From assembly GCF_001194135.2 (NCBI RefSeq), contig NC_068987.1:48737124-48801123 (forward strand): DNA of 64,000 bases. The letters are read 5' to 3'. Every line of letters begins with the position of its first letter. Position 1 is the first letter of the stretch. This DNA comes from Octopus bimaculoides. Lineage: Eukaryota. Made by a program: the position numbers and the translations under genes. The notes beneath the pieces were generated by a model. It ran no database searches. It saw nothing but the letters and a program-made list of their open reading frames with translations, and had not been told where the DNA came from. Of the stretch, positions 63,714 to 64,000 are shown one piece after another.

Positions 63714-64000
63714 GACTGGTGTAGCAGCACCATAGTAAACTGCTACAAAGGTAAAGGTGACGCTTTAGACACTAATAATTACAGAGGCATCAAGCTGTTA
63801 GATCAGGTTATGAAAGTTACGGAGAGGGTCATAGCCCAACTAATTAGGGAGCAAATCAATTTAGATGAGATACAGTTTGGGTTTGTGCCAGGTAAAAGCA
63901 CCACTGATGCCATATTTCTAGTGAGACAGCTGCAGGAGAAATATCTAGCCAAGGATAAACCTCTGTACCTGGCCTTCGTTGACATGGAGAAAGCCTTTGA
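63714..64000 (+). mobile_element. RTE LINE reverse transcriptase N-terminal part (runs off the window)
   Basis: Uninterrupted 95 codons: DWCSSTIVNCYKGKGDALDTNNYRGIKLLDQVMKVTERV...QFGFVPGKSTTDAIFLVRQLQEKYL...AFVDMEKAF. Confidence 0.92.

Noticed and set aside
59926-64000. Terminal kinase exons (EEYQLPY..., ECW...RLTALR)
   Set aside because: No matching sequence; the coding-like segments here are LINE or mariner remnants, so the exons probably lie beyond the window.

Overview
AT-rich eukaryotic genomic DNA with many N gaps sitting in microsatellites. The SINE and RTE-LINE repertoire suggests an octopod cephalopod (inference). One protein-coding gene is supported: a BMP type I receptor (BMPR1/thickveins, ALK3/6 class) on the + strand. 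Seven exons are visible between 15296 and 59925: two extracellular Cys-knot exons, one transmembrane exon and four kinase exons, all with GT-AG boundaries. Phases match at every junction except TM to kinase, where the GS-box exon is expected but not visible. The signal-peptide exon and the last kinase exons were also not found. The kinase keeps its catalytic residues but has a clean 4-aa deletion in the Smad-specifying L45 loop (IKGTQ instead of IKGTGSWTQ) and Leu in place of the invariant Arg of GTKRYM, so it may be a signalling-divergent receptor. The introns hold decayed Tc1, mariner, piggyBac, pogo-like, Helitron, Penelope, RTE and CR1-like elements, SINEs and MITEs. They also contain several long inverted repeats and duplication-flanked insertions. 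Exon coordinates were counted base by base; repeat boundaries are approximate and family names come from motif recognition, not database searches.
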